Assembly (NCBI RefSeq): GCF_009914755.1
Contig: NC_060934.1
Length of the DNA: 64,000 bases
Source: the human T2T-CHM13v2.0 reference genome, Homo sapiens
Reading direction: 5' to 3' (one strand)
Shown here: positions 52,796 to 64,000 of the stretch, in pieces
Layout of the letters: each line of letters opens with the position of its first letter
Position numbering within the stretch: the stretch's first letter is position 1
The notes under the pieces: generated by a model
What the model saw: the letters and a program-made list of their open reading frames with translations, nothing else
Databases searched by the model: none
What the model was told of the DNA's origin: nothing
Translations under genes and position numbers: made by a program

Positions 52796-54855
52796 ATATA
52801 AAATTTATTAAAATAGGAACTAAGTACTGCAACATTCAAGAACCATAAGCATCAAGCCCCATGCAATTTACAAGGTGAACCTACCTGAATCCTGATCTGA
52901 AGTTCCAGCAGGCTCCCTCTGACCTCCTCCTAGTCACTATCTCCCTGCTTGGGTAAGCTCAACTCTGCCTTTTCACACCATTGATGAGTTTTGCCTATTT
53001 TTAACTTGATATAAAGGGAAATCATATAGTGCACTCTCTTTTGTGTCTGACTTCTTTTGGTTGACATTATGTTTATGAGATTCATTTCATATCAATGCAT
53101 GTAATGATAGCAAATTTATTCTCATTATTTTGTACAATATTCATATTGTATGAATATGACACAATTTTATTTAGATATTTTGCTACCCGTGACCATGTTC
53201 ACCATGTTTCCAGTTGGTGGCTTTTAAAAATACTGCTGCCATTAACTTTGTTATGCATGTACTTTAGTGAATACATGTACTCATTTCAGTTGGTTGTATA
53301 CCTAGTAGTGAGATTGCCAAGTCATAATGTTCAGCTTTGGTAGATGCTACAAAAGAGTTTTTTCAAGTGCTTCTACCAATTTACATTCCCACTAATTCCC
53401 ACTAGCAATGTGTGAGACTTCCAGTGGACCCAATCTTTGCAAAAACATGATATTGTTTGACTTTCTCAGATTAGTCATTCTGGCAGAGATATAGTGGTAT
53501 CACTTGATCTTTTAATTTTAATTTTCCTGACGATTAATGAAGTTTAACATCTTTAAGATGTGAATTTACTATTTGGATATATGATTTTCTTTATGTTTCT
53601 TGTTCAGGTTTTTGGCCATTTTTCTGTGAGACTGTCTGCTTTTTCTTGATGATATGCAGTTCTTTGTATTCTGATATGAATTCTTTGTCAGATATATATC
53701 TTGCAAGTGTCTTTCCCCACTCTGTGGCTTGTCTTTTCATTTTCTTAATGTATCGTTTTGAAGAACAGCATTTCTTGATTTTAATGTCATCCAATCTATC
53801 AATTTATTTTATGGTTAAAGTTTTTTGTTTTCTGTTTAGTGTATCTTTGCCTGTCACCAGGTTACAAAGATATTCTCCCATGTTTTCTTCTAAAAACATT
53901 ATTGTTTTATCTTTCACATGCAGCTAGAAATCCATCTAGACTTGCTTTTTTATATGGTGTAAGGTAGGGGTTAGTTTTATTTTTTTCAAGAGATAAAGCT
54001 GATTGACTCAGCACCATTTGTTGACCCAGCCTCATTTTGTCATATGTTGGGTCTCTTTCTGGACTCTCACCCATTTTACTAAACTTTCAGGCTATCTTTG
54101 CACCAATAATACATTGTTTTAATTAGGATAGCTTTAAAATAAGCCTTGCTGGGTGATGGTCTAAGTTTTCCAGTTTTATTCTTATTGAAGATTATGTTGC
54201 TATCCTTAGCCCTTTGCATGTATCTGTAAATTTCAGAATCAGCTCATCAAACTAAACCTGCTAACATTTTTATTAAGATTGTGTTTAATCTATTGGGGTA
54301 AATTTGGGGTAAATTTAGGTAATTACAATAATGAGTTTTCTAATCCATTGACATGGTATATCTCTCCAACTACTTAGATTGTTAAAATGTTTTTCTCAAT
54401 TATGTTTTGGGGTTTTCACTGGACCAATTTTGAATAAATAAATTCCATTTATTTCTAGATATTTGATGTTTTGCTGCCATTGTGGGGGTATCTTTTTTTT
54501 TTTTTTTTTTGAGACAGAGTCTCACTTTGTCACCCAGGCTGGAGTGCAGTAGGGCAATCTTGGCCCACTGCAAGCTCCCCCTCCCAGGTTCATGCCATTC
54601 TCCTGCCTCAGTCTCCTGAGTGGCTGAGACTACAGACACCTGCCACCACTCCTGGCTAGTTTTTTGTATTTTTAGTAGAGACAGGGTTTCACCATGTTAG
54701 CCAGGATGGTCTCGATCTCCTGACCTTGTGATCCACCCATGTCGGCCTCCCAAAGTGCTGGGATTACAGGCGTGAGCCACCACGCCCATCCTGTGGGGGT
54801 ATCTTTTTTAATGGTATCTTTAAAATTTTTCATTTTCTACTTATTTGTTACCATA
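52796..54855 (-). mobile_element. L1M (MC/MD-like) ~2-kb antisense insertion with TSD
   Basis: Minus ORF 53591..53794 (IKIKKCCSSKRYIKKMKRQATEWGK) is ORF2p-like. 11-bp TSD gcactttttaa at 52785-52795 and 54856-54866. Confidence 0.82.
54493..54791 (-). mobile_element. AluY
   Basis: catgccattctcctgcc, gttagccaggatggtctcgatctcctgacc. TSD tgtgggggtatc at 54481-54492 and 54792-54803. Confidence 0.94.
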
Positions 54856-55299
54856 GCACTTTTTAATAATAGCAAAGAATATAAAATTTTCAACAGAGGA
54901 CTGGTTCCATAAATGTGGTTTCATATGTACAATGGATTATTCTGCAGCCACAAAAAAGGATGGGGTGGATCTACATGTACTGACAGGGAACTTCATTAAA
55001 CGGTGTAAGTGCTAATGGGGGAAGGATGATGAGAATAATATAAAAATTATTGTCTCATGGTGTTACAACTATATGTAGATGTCTGTTTGTTTTTAATGTC
55101 CTTCAAACAAGGTCCAGAAAGACTGACAGCCCATTGGTAATAGTGCATCTGCCTGCAAGCTGAAGGGGTTTAGGCAGAGTTTGGATAAGGAGGATTAACC
55201 TTTATTTCCAAATACATGTTCATTGCTTTTATTTGGGAAATAAGCCTGGATTACAAGAAAGTAAAAAAAAAGGGGGGGGATTATTACCTGTTTAATGCC

Positions 55300-55303
<4 letters not shown>

Positions 55304-55330
<27 letters not shown>

Positions 55331-55579
55331 GGTGAGAAGGAGTCTCGCTCTGTTACCCAGGCTGGAGTGCAGTGGTGCAATCTCGGCTCACAGCAAGCTC
55401 CAGGGACTACAGGCACCTGCCGCCAAGCCCAGCTAATGTTGTTTTTTTTTTTGTATTTTTTTAGTAGAGATGGGGTTTCACCCTGTTAGCCAGGATGGTC
55501 TTGATCTCCTGACCTTGTGATCCACCCGCCTCAGCCTCCCAAAGTGCTGGGATTACAGGCATAGCCACCGCGCCTGGCC
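55304..55579 (-). mobile_element. AluY-like with a ~45-50 bp right-arm deletion
   Basis: Junction gcaagctcc|agggactacagg skips the ...ttctcctgcctcagcc... segment. Long T tail. TSD taatgcctg at 55293 and 55581. Confidence 0.9.
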
Positions 55580-55875
55580 CTAATGCCTGTCTTTCTTCTG
55601 GCTCAGGACTGGCCTACCACAAGGTCTCCACAAATACTCAGGATGGAGCTGGCATTGAATGACCCACTTGGCCTGCACAGAGACTGTCAGGCCTAAGTCT
55701 GGAGCTCTGTTTATGTAGTTCTATAATTTTAATGAATGTATATTGTAAACTAACACAAGAACTGTGCACTGTGGAGCAAAACCATGCTAGATAATGAAAG
55801 AACTGGATTATTAATGGACCACTGTAGTGTGATATTGAGCCATGTGCCTCGAGCACAGAAGCAGATGCCTTGGTC

Positions 55876-56283
55876 CAGGGTCCTGCTTCTGTTATGTGTA
55901 TGGACCCCTGAATCAGACTAGTGAAGCCTGCATACCCCTTCCCCAGAACACTGTTTTCATTGTCCACAAAATAAAATACATACAATCACAGAAAAAATTA
56001 ATTCTATTAAATAGTTAGCAAAACATTACAAATAAAATTTGAGATATCATTGTATATGTGCTTCTTCATTATTCATGCATTAAACAAAATCCAGGAACAG
56101 TTGAGCTAATTATTACCAGAATCTCCAAGTCACGATAACCATAAACAATCTGATACTGCTAAAATGACTGTGGCTTCTTGCCTATACTCATAAGGAAATG
56201 CTGAATTTTATAGCCGTTAGTGAAAATAAAGTTAAATTTTTGTTTTTCATTCAAGTTTATGGACCCTAGGTTAAGAACCCTTG
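55876..56283 (+). mobile_element. hAT-Charlie non-autonomous DNA transposon (MER119-like)
   Basis: Ends caggg... and ...ggttaagaacccttg. Internal atggacccct...gtgaagcct...aaaataaaatacata. 8-bp TSD ccttggtc (55868-55875) / ccttggtt (56284-56291), the hAT TSD length. Confidence 0.75.
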
Positions 56284-56334
56284 CCTTGGTTGAAGACACA
56301 GTAAGGAACACTGTTTCTGTGAAAATGTGGTTTG

Positions 56335-56960
56335 CAAAAGCTGGGGTTCTGGGGATGCAGCAATAATCCAAGCAGACCAGCCCCTGTCCTCACGGGGCTT
56401 CCCTTCTCATGGGGAGACAGTGCAGAAGTTAATTAAGTCAAACCTGAATTTCATTAAATGGTGTAAGTGCTAAGGAGAAAAATAAAATGAAAGGGAGAGG
56501 GGAAGGTATATGTGTGGTGTTTGGGGTGGGGGTTAGTTTTAGACAGGCAGGCAAGGCTGCCTCCCTGGGCCGGGGGTGAGACGTGAGTTGGGGAGCACAG
56601 CAGGTGCTTTTGCAGAAGAGAGCTCCAGGGAGAGGGAACAGCAAGCGCAGAGCCTCAAGCAGGAGCTTCTGCAGCAGCAGAGGGAGGGAGGTGTGGCAGG
56701 GTAGTGGCTGACCCTCAGTGTCCTTGTGGCCCTTGGAAGGTCTGTGGAGGGGGTATGACAAGAGTGGTATTCCTTTCATTTTAAGGGCCCCTCTGGTTAT
56801 GGTGTCAAGACACAGAGAGATAGAGCTGCAGGGCAAGGGCAGGAGTGAGGGGACCAGTTAGGAGGCTGCCACCATCCGCCAGGGACGCACTGATGTGGCT
56901 CAGAGCAGGGTGGCAGGGGTGGCATCTGCTGAGACTCCTGAGAGCCAACTGAAAGAGACA
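56335..56960 (-). mobile_element. L2 (L2a-like) fragment
   Basis: ctggggatgcagc, ccctgtcctcacggggctt, aagtgctaaggagaaaaataaa, agagggaacagcaagcgcagagcc, gaccagttaggaggctg. Confidence 0.8.
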
Positions 56961-57182
56961 ACAAGTTTTAAAGAAATGTAAGAAAAAGAACTGTGTTAAA
57001 AATAGTGGAACTGACTATTCTGAAATGTTTAGAAAATAATGAAACTTCTTTTTAAAAAGCCATCTGGAAGGATTTTACTTTTCCTTCATGTCATTTGGAA
57101 ATGACCTTCGAGAAGCTCTGTGTATGTGTGTTCCACAGAGGACCAAGAGTGGCCTCCAGAGAGCCCTGGCAGAGTCCAGGCC

Positions 57183-57283
57183 GGGGAGGGGGCAGGCTAT
57201 CCCACCTGGGGAGGGGGCAGACTATCCCACCTGGGGACAGGGCAGGCTATCCCACCTGGGGAGGGGCAGGCTATCCCATCTGG
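57183..57283. repeat. 25-bp G-rich minisatellite, 4 copies
   Basis: ggggagggggcaggctatcccacct at 57183, 57208, 57233 and 57258, with minor variants. Confidence 0.92.
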
Positions 57284-57659
57284 TGCCATGTGGGGCCGGG
57301 ACCTTGTGGAGAGTGTGGACCTGCCTTGGTCTCACCCCAGGCAAGAATTGGGAGCCATGATCTCCACTTTGGTGGTCTGGAGATAAGGGGTCAATAGGGG
57401 CCTACAAGACCACCTTCCCACTCCAAGGTGTGTGGACACCAAGCAGCCCCTCCTGGGGAGCAGGTGGTGGTGGGGTCTTGGCCAGCTGAGGACAAAGACT
57501 CAGGAGGGCCCGGGGATCCCATGTGCCAGCCAGCCTGCAGCATGAGTCCTGGCCATGTGCTCCAGGAAACATGGTTTCCCCAGAACATCAAAACGCTTAA
57601 GAGTGATTCTTCATGAAAGATAATGTTCATTTTTTATGCTCTGATAAAACCACAGGGCT

Positions 57660-59651
57660 TTTTAATTTTTTGTAACAGCCTTATCGAGAAGTAATTCACA
57701 TACCATACAATGTACTGATTTAAAGTGTGCAATTCAGTGGTTTTCTAACATATTCACTGAAACAGGGCAACAACTACCACAGTCCATTTTAGAACATTTT
57801 TATCACATCAGGAAGAAACCCATACATACCCCTTGGCTGTCACCCCCATCACCCCATGTCCCCCAGCCCTAAGCAACTACTCTTCTACTTTCTGTGTACA
57901 TAGATTTGTCTGTTCTGGACATTACACAAATGAAAACATATAATATGAGTTTCTTGGTTATTGACTTCCTTCATTCAGCATAATGTTTTTAAGATTCATC
58001 CATGTCGTAGCATGTTTCTGCATGTCATTCCTCTTATGGTTGAATAATAATTCTGTTGTATGGATGTACAATGTTTTAAAAATCCATTCATGGCCGGGCA
58101 TGATGGCTCATACCAGTAATCCCAGCATTTCAGGAGGCTGAGGAGGGAGGATTGCTTGAGACCAGGAGTTTGAGAGCAGCCTGGGAAACATAGCAAAACC
58201 CCATCTCTTTATAAAATACAAAAATCAGCCAGGCGTGGTGGTGCATGCCTGTAGTCCCAGGTACTTAAGAGGCTGAGGTGGGAGGATCGTTTGAGCCTAG
58301 GAGGTCAAGGCTGCAGTGAGCCTTGATTGTGCCACTACATTCCAGCCTGGGAAATAGAGTGAGAGACTGTCAAAAAAAAAAAAAAAAGTCGTAATGGACA
58401 TTTGAGTGGTTTCCACCTTTTAGCTATTATGAATACTACTGCTATAAACATTCCTGTGCAAGTTTTTGTGTGAATTTCTGTTTTTCATTTATCTTGTGTC
58501 TACACCTAGGATTGGAAATACTAGGTCATATGGGACCTCTGTGTTTGACCATTTGAGAAGTTGTTGGACTATTTTCGAAAGTGGCAACACCATTTCTGAT
58601 TCCCATCAGCAATGTGTGAGTTTCTAATTTCTCCACATCCTCACCAGCGCTGGTTATTATGACCTCCTTATTACAGCCATCTTACTGGGTGTGAAGTGGT
58701 AGCTCATTGTAGTTTCGACTTGCATTTACCTACTGACTAATGATGTTGAGCATCTTTTCACATGGATATTAGGGATTTGTATAACTTCTTTGAGAAGACG
58801 TCTATTCAGGTCATTTTCCTATTTTTAAATTGAGTGATTTGTCTTTATATTATTGATTTGCAAGAGTTCTTCTCATATTCTAGATACAAGTCCCTTATCA
58901 GATAAGTGATTTGCAAATCGTTTCTCTCATTCTTTGGGTTGTCTTTTCACTTTCTTAATAGTGTCTTTCGAAACATAGAAGTTTTTAGTTGTGGTGAAGT
59001 CCGATGTATTTATTTTTCTTGTGCAGCTGATGCTTTTGGTATCACATCTAAGATTTGTGTCACATCCATTGTCAAACCTGAGGTCAGGAAGAGCCCCCTG
59101 TTTTCTTCTAAGAGTTTTTACAGTTTTAACTCTTACAGTTAGGCCCTTGATCTGTTTTAAGTTAATTTTTTATGTGGTGTGAGGTACAAATATAATTTTG
59201 TTCTTTTGCTTGTGGCCCTCCAGTTGTCCAGCACCATCTGTTGAAGAGACTATTCTTTTCCTTGAAAGACGTTGGCAGTTTTGTCAAAACTCAGTTGACC
59301 ATAGATACATAATTATACTTCTGGAGTCTCAATTTTATTTCATTGATATGTCTATCCTATGCCAGTACCACAATGTCTCAATTGCTGTTGCTTTGTAGTC
59401 AGTTTTGAAATCAAAATATGGGAATCTTTTAACTTTGTTCTTTTTCAAGAGTGTTTTTTGGTTATTCCATGTCTGGTGCCATATAATACGAATTTTAGGA
59501 TGAGCTTATTCGTTTCTATAAAGAAGCCAGCTGTGATTATAATAGGGATTGCGCTGAATCTGTAGATCAATTTTGGTTGTTATCTTAACAATATTGTCTT
59601 TGAATCCATGAACATGGGATTTTTTTGTTGATGTAGATCTTTATTTTAACA
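57660..59651 (-). mobile_element. L1MB-like ~2-kb antisense insertion with a 16-bp TSD
   Basis: taattcacataccatacaat, tctagatacaagtcccttatcagata. TSD ataaaacca(c/t)agggct at 57644-57659 and 59652-59667. Confidence 0.88.
58092..58387 (+). mobile_element. AluJ
   Basis: ggaggattgcttgag, ggaggatcgtttgagcctaggaggtcaaggctgcagtgag; A tail. Confidence 0.9.
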
Positions 59652-60039
59652 ATAAAACCATAGGGCTCTTTGAAGGTGTTTCAGAACAGCTATCTTTTGA
59701 GGTTGCCTACTCTTACCAACTCCTCTGTGAGAGCTGCCACAAAGTTCTGGGTCTCCATCATGTCCAAGGCATTGATGCAGCCCTAGGTGAATAAGCCTAG
59801 GGAGTCAGCTGGAGGGGAACTGGGCTGGGTTTTGTCCTTCCCTTTAAAGGTCCTCCCTCCTGCAAGCCTGCCAAGGCAACTGGGTGCTCATAGCTCCAGC
59901 TCATTGCTAGATCTTGGGTGTTCCCTTAACCTTGGTTTAAGATCAGCTGTTCACTTTGTCTCTACACACTATTCCTTTCCTCTTCAGAGCTGGGGAATCA
60001 TCATATCTTAGGGTGCCCAATCGTCTGAGTTTGTCCTTT

Positions 60040-62050
60040 CACGTGTGTGAGAAGGGCATAATCCAGTCTTTATCATGTGTGTTTCTACTACCCTCAGCAC
60101 CACTTATTGGAAAGGCCACTCTCTGCCACTGCATTTCAGTGCCACCTTTGTCGTCAATCAGGTGACCATGAATAGGAGGTCTGTTTCTGGTCTGTGCCAT
60201 TAGGTTATTTGTCTGTTCTTGTTCTAATACCAAAGTGTCTTAGTTATTACAGCCTCATAAGATGTCTTGGTTTGGGTGGTTCAAATCCTCCAGCCTCTGT
60301 CTCTGTCAGAATTGCTCTGGATCATTTACAGTTCCAAGTAAATTTTAGGATCAGCTTATCAATTTTAAGAAAAGCACCTAGTGGAATTTGAGATTGTACT
60401 AAATCTATAGGTCAGTTTAGGGAGGAAGAGTTGACATCATCCCAACAGGTAATTTTCCAATCCATGAATATGGAATATTCCTTCATTTATTAAGATTTTA
60501 AAATTTTCTCTCAGTACAGTTTTGTGGTTTCCTGTGCAGACATCTTGCATAACTTTGGTAGCTTTCTAAGTATTTGCTGTTTTTAATGCTATTGTAAATG
60601 GCATTGAAAATTTTTAAATGGCATTTTTAAAATTCCTGTTATAAAAATACTGTTATTGTCATAGAAATACAGTTGTATATTGACCTTGTATGCATTAATC
60701 TTGCTAAATGTATTTATTAAACCTCATACCTTGTAAGTTATTTTTGGTTCTCTTATAATGCTAATTTTAATATATTTTTTTCCCCTAATTTGCTTGGTCA
60801 GTAACTGTTTGGTTGCAGGCAGCAGAAACTTCCTCCAGGAAGTTCAGATAAAAGTGAAGATAGTATCAGGCCCCAGAGGCATGCTGGGAAAGCCAGAGCA
60901 AGGAATTCAGTGGGGCTTCATGGGAACTCCTCCCTTGGGATCTCTCCCCTTTGGACCATGAAATCCAGATCTCCACACCTCTGTGCACCTCTACTCTTTC
61001 CTGCCCACTTGCCAGTCTGGTGTCTGCTGTCTTAGCACTATGTAAGCCCCAGCTCAGATTCCGTAGCCATGCACCAACGCCCATCCCATCAGGCCTCAGT
61101 GTTCTAGGCCAATCTGATGGCTCTGAGTTAGTTGTCCCGGCTACCTTGTTCACTGTAGTAGGAGGGCAGGGTGGTGAGACAGTGATACAGTGAGCAGTGT
61201 TCTCCAACACATAATCCTGCCTATTCACAAGAAAACTTGGAAAATATTAATGTAATGTGTAAGTTTTCACCTCCCAGATATACCTACTGTTAATTTTGCT
61301 GTAACTCTGACTAGTATTTTTTCTAAATATATGTATATTTTTATATATTATTTATTTTCCCTCTACATAGAAATTTACAAATTGAAATTACGTTCTACAT
61401 AAACAGTATTATATATATATATGCTTGTTTTACCTAATTTTATGTCATTTGAGGTTGACGATTTTATTAGATATACTTCAAAAACAATCTTTATGGTTTA
61501 ATAGAATATATAATATTCCATTACAATGGCTATATCATAATTTAATGACCAATTCCTATTTTGAGCCATTTGGGTTCTTTCCAGTTTTTTGATAAATATT
61601 GCCATAGCTAACAATTTTGGACTTAAAAGTCTTGTCTAATATCTGATTATTTCTTTCAGATTGATTCCTTGGAGTGGAATTAGTAAAAAGGATATGAATA
61701 TTTTTAGTCTCTTGATATGTCAGACTGATTTCCAGAAGGCTTGTACCAATTTACTCTTCTACCGACAACTGTAAGAATACCCTTCCTCCATCAACAGCAT
61801 TGTGTATTAGCTTTTAAGAAAAATCTTTTCTAATTTAATAGGTTAAAAAAATTCATCTCATTATTTTAATTTGATATGTATTTTTAAATGAGGTTGAATA
61901 TAATTTCCCAAGCTTATTGATCACTTTTATTGTTCCCTTGTGAATGGACTGTAAATTTGCCTCTTTTTTCTTTAGGGTGTTCATTGAGTGTTATTGATTT
62001 GCAAAAGCTCATTGTATATTAAGAATATAAACCCTTTGTTGAGATTGTTA
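60040..62050 (-). mobile_element. Ancient antisense L1M fragments, with a possible old MLT piece at ~60790-61200
   Basis: Minus ORF 60039..60233 (PIHGHLIDDKGGTEMQWQ) resembles ORF2p PHIYGQLIFDKG. Also ttccagaaggcttgtaccaatttactc. Confidence 0.65.
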
Positions 62051-62547
62051 CAGGCATCTTTTCTCTCTCTCCTGATGGCGCCTTCCCTGCATCAGCCCTG
62101 TGTTCTGCCAGCCCCACAACAGTAGCACAGGCAGTGAAGAATCTGGTCCCTTATAGGTGGAAAAACAAGTTCTATATTTGGCTTAGCTAATGAACCCTGT
62201 GATGGCTGAGCAAGCTGTACCAACACCCTCATTGTCCATGGCCCACCATCAATGTGGAGTGTTGGGAGAGGGGGTGGTCTGATGGGGCAGCTTGGTGAGA
62301 GATACCTGTGTCCCCTTCTGACCCTTTGTGTCTTTTTTAGCCAACACCTTTGATATTGTTGTTATTCATTGCAAGTCTACCCTCCAAATCATGATTGCTC
62401 TTATTTTCCTCTTCTTCATTCCATCCTTAGCCCATTATTACCTTGTTGGCAGTCACAGAAGCTAACTTTTATTGAGCCCTTGCTGGGTGCCAGCTGTAGG
62501 TGTAACCCCTTGCAGCCCAGCCCCTCTGGCTGCCTCAGTCCTAGCCT

Positions 62548-62647
62548 GCACCTCCCTCCCACTCCCGCACCTGCCTCCCACTCCCGCACCTCCCTCCCAC
62601 TCCCGCACCTCCCTCCCACTCCCGCACCTCCCTCCCACTCCTGCACC
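62548..62647. repeat. 19-bp C-rich minisatellite, ~5.3 copies
   Basis: gcacctccctcccactccc at 62548, 62567, 62586, 62605 and 62624, plus a partial copy at 62643. Confidence 0.94.
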
Positions 62648-62829
62648 ATAGGATGGGCTCAGTGTACCCTTCCCACACTGGCTCGCCAGCCGCATGTGTG
62701 GACCCCATGTGGACCCCAGGAAACCCACGGAAAGCACAGGGAGCCAGCGGTTCTGAGGTGTCCTGGTGGCTTCAAAGGCCCTGGGAGACATGGTCTTCTG
62801 CTTCCAGTTTTGGGAGCATGGATGTGTGA

Positions 62830-63378
<549 letters not shown>

Positions 63379-63429
63379 TGAAACCTAAATCAGTGGAGAG
63401 AGGGTAGGGTTCGAAGATTGGAGACGTCA

Positions 63430-63620
63430 CCTGGCATCGGATCCTGGTCCTTTCAGCCTGGTGACCCTGGCCCATCCTCTAAACTTTCTGAACTGCAGTT
63501 TCACCACCTGGAAGTGGGGAGTCAGCTCCAGCACAGAGCTTTGCGGGAGGACAAAAGAGACGATGTGGATAAAGTGCTCCGCAGATCATCAGGGGCGGCA
63601 AAGGTGAGTATTGCTGTTAG
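63430..63620 (+). mobile_element. MIR fragment
   Basis: gtgaccctggc...tctgaactgcagtttcaccacctggaagtggg...gatgtggataaagtgct. Confidence 0.65.
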
Positions 63621-64000
63621 ATGTGTGGAATATTTGACTCACTTTGGAGACTATATTTAAGAGATGGTCTCTGAGGAATCTTGAATCAGAAACAGTGTTC
63701 ACCTCCTCCTGAAGTAGTGCCTGCCCTCACTTTGTCCCTGGCCCCAGTCTTTCCAGGAGGGACAAAATGCCCTCCTAGATTCCCACTAAGTACCAGAAAC
63801 TCAGTAGGACCTCAGCTTCCCCCCTCAGCCTTGACTGGGTGCCCCCATGCAGGGGTGAGAAAGGTGCAGGTTCATCCAGGGCACTCAGGAGACCCACTGG
63901 GAGGCTGGGGGCTGGTGGCCTCAGATGCTTTCGAGTCTTCTCCAGGGGGACACCACCCTGGAGTGGCCTGGGGGGCAGGGCAGGCTCTGCAGAGGAGAGC

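Overview
This is primate (most likely human) non-coding genomic DNA, not prokaryotic. It carries AluY/S/J and FLAM SINEs, L1PA/PB/M LINE fragments, L2, MIR, MaLR LTRs (MLT1, THE1), a hAT DNA-transposon relic and several GC-rich minisatellites. I cannot support any protein-coding gene: the longest ORFs sit on tandem repeats, Alus or L1 ORF2 remnants, and the rest look like chance ORFs in GC-rich DNA. I cannot name the locus. The most notable items are: (i) a ~5.5 kb transposon-free block (21.9-27.4 kb) with clustered developmental transcription-factor motifs; (ii) candidate + strand exons with strong splice sites (23208-23334, and 45026-45091 with a GC donor), which could belong to a spliced lncRNA; (iii) a 603-bp almost pure pyrimidine minisatellite; (iv) a 12-copy 28-bp VNTR with a central CpG block; (v) a two-LTR MLT1 provirus; (vi) a four-level nested transposon stack; and (vii) a probable 28-bp templated insertion. 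Repeat subfamily names come from remembered consensus sequences and boundaries of old elements are approximate. No database searches were run, and I do not claim a confirmed novel biological system.
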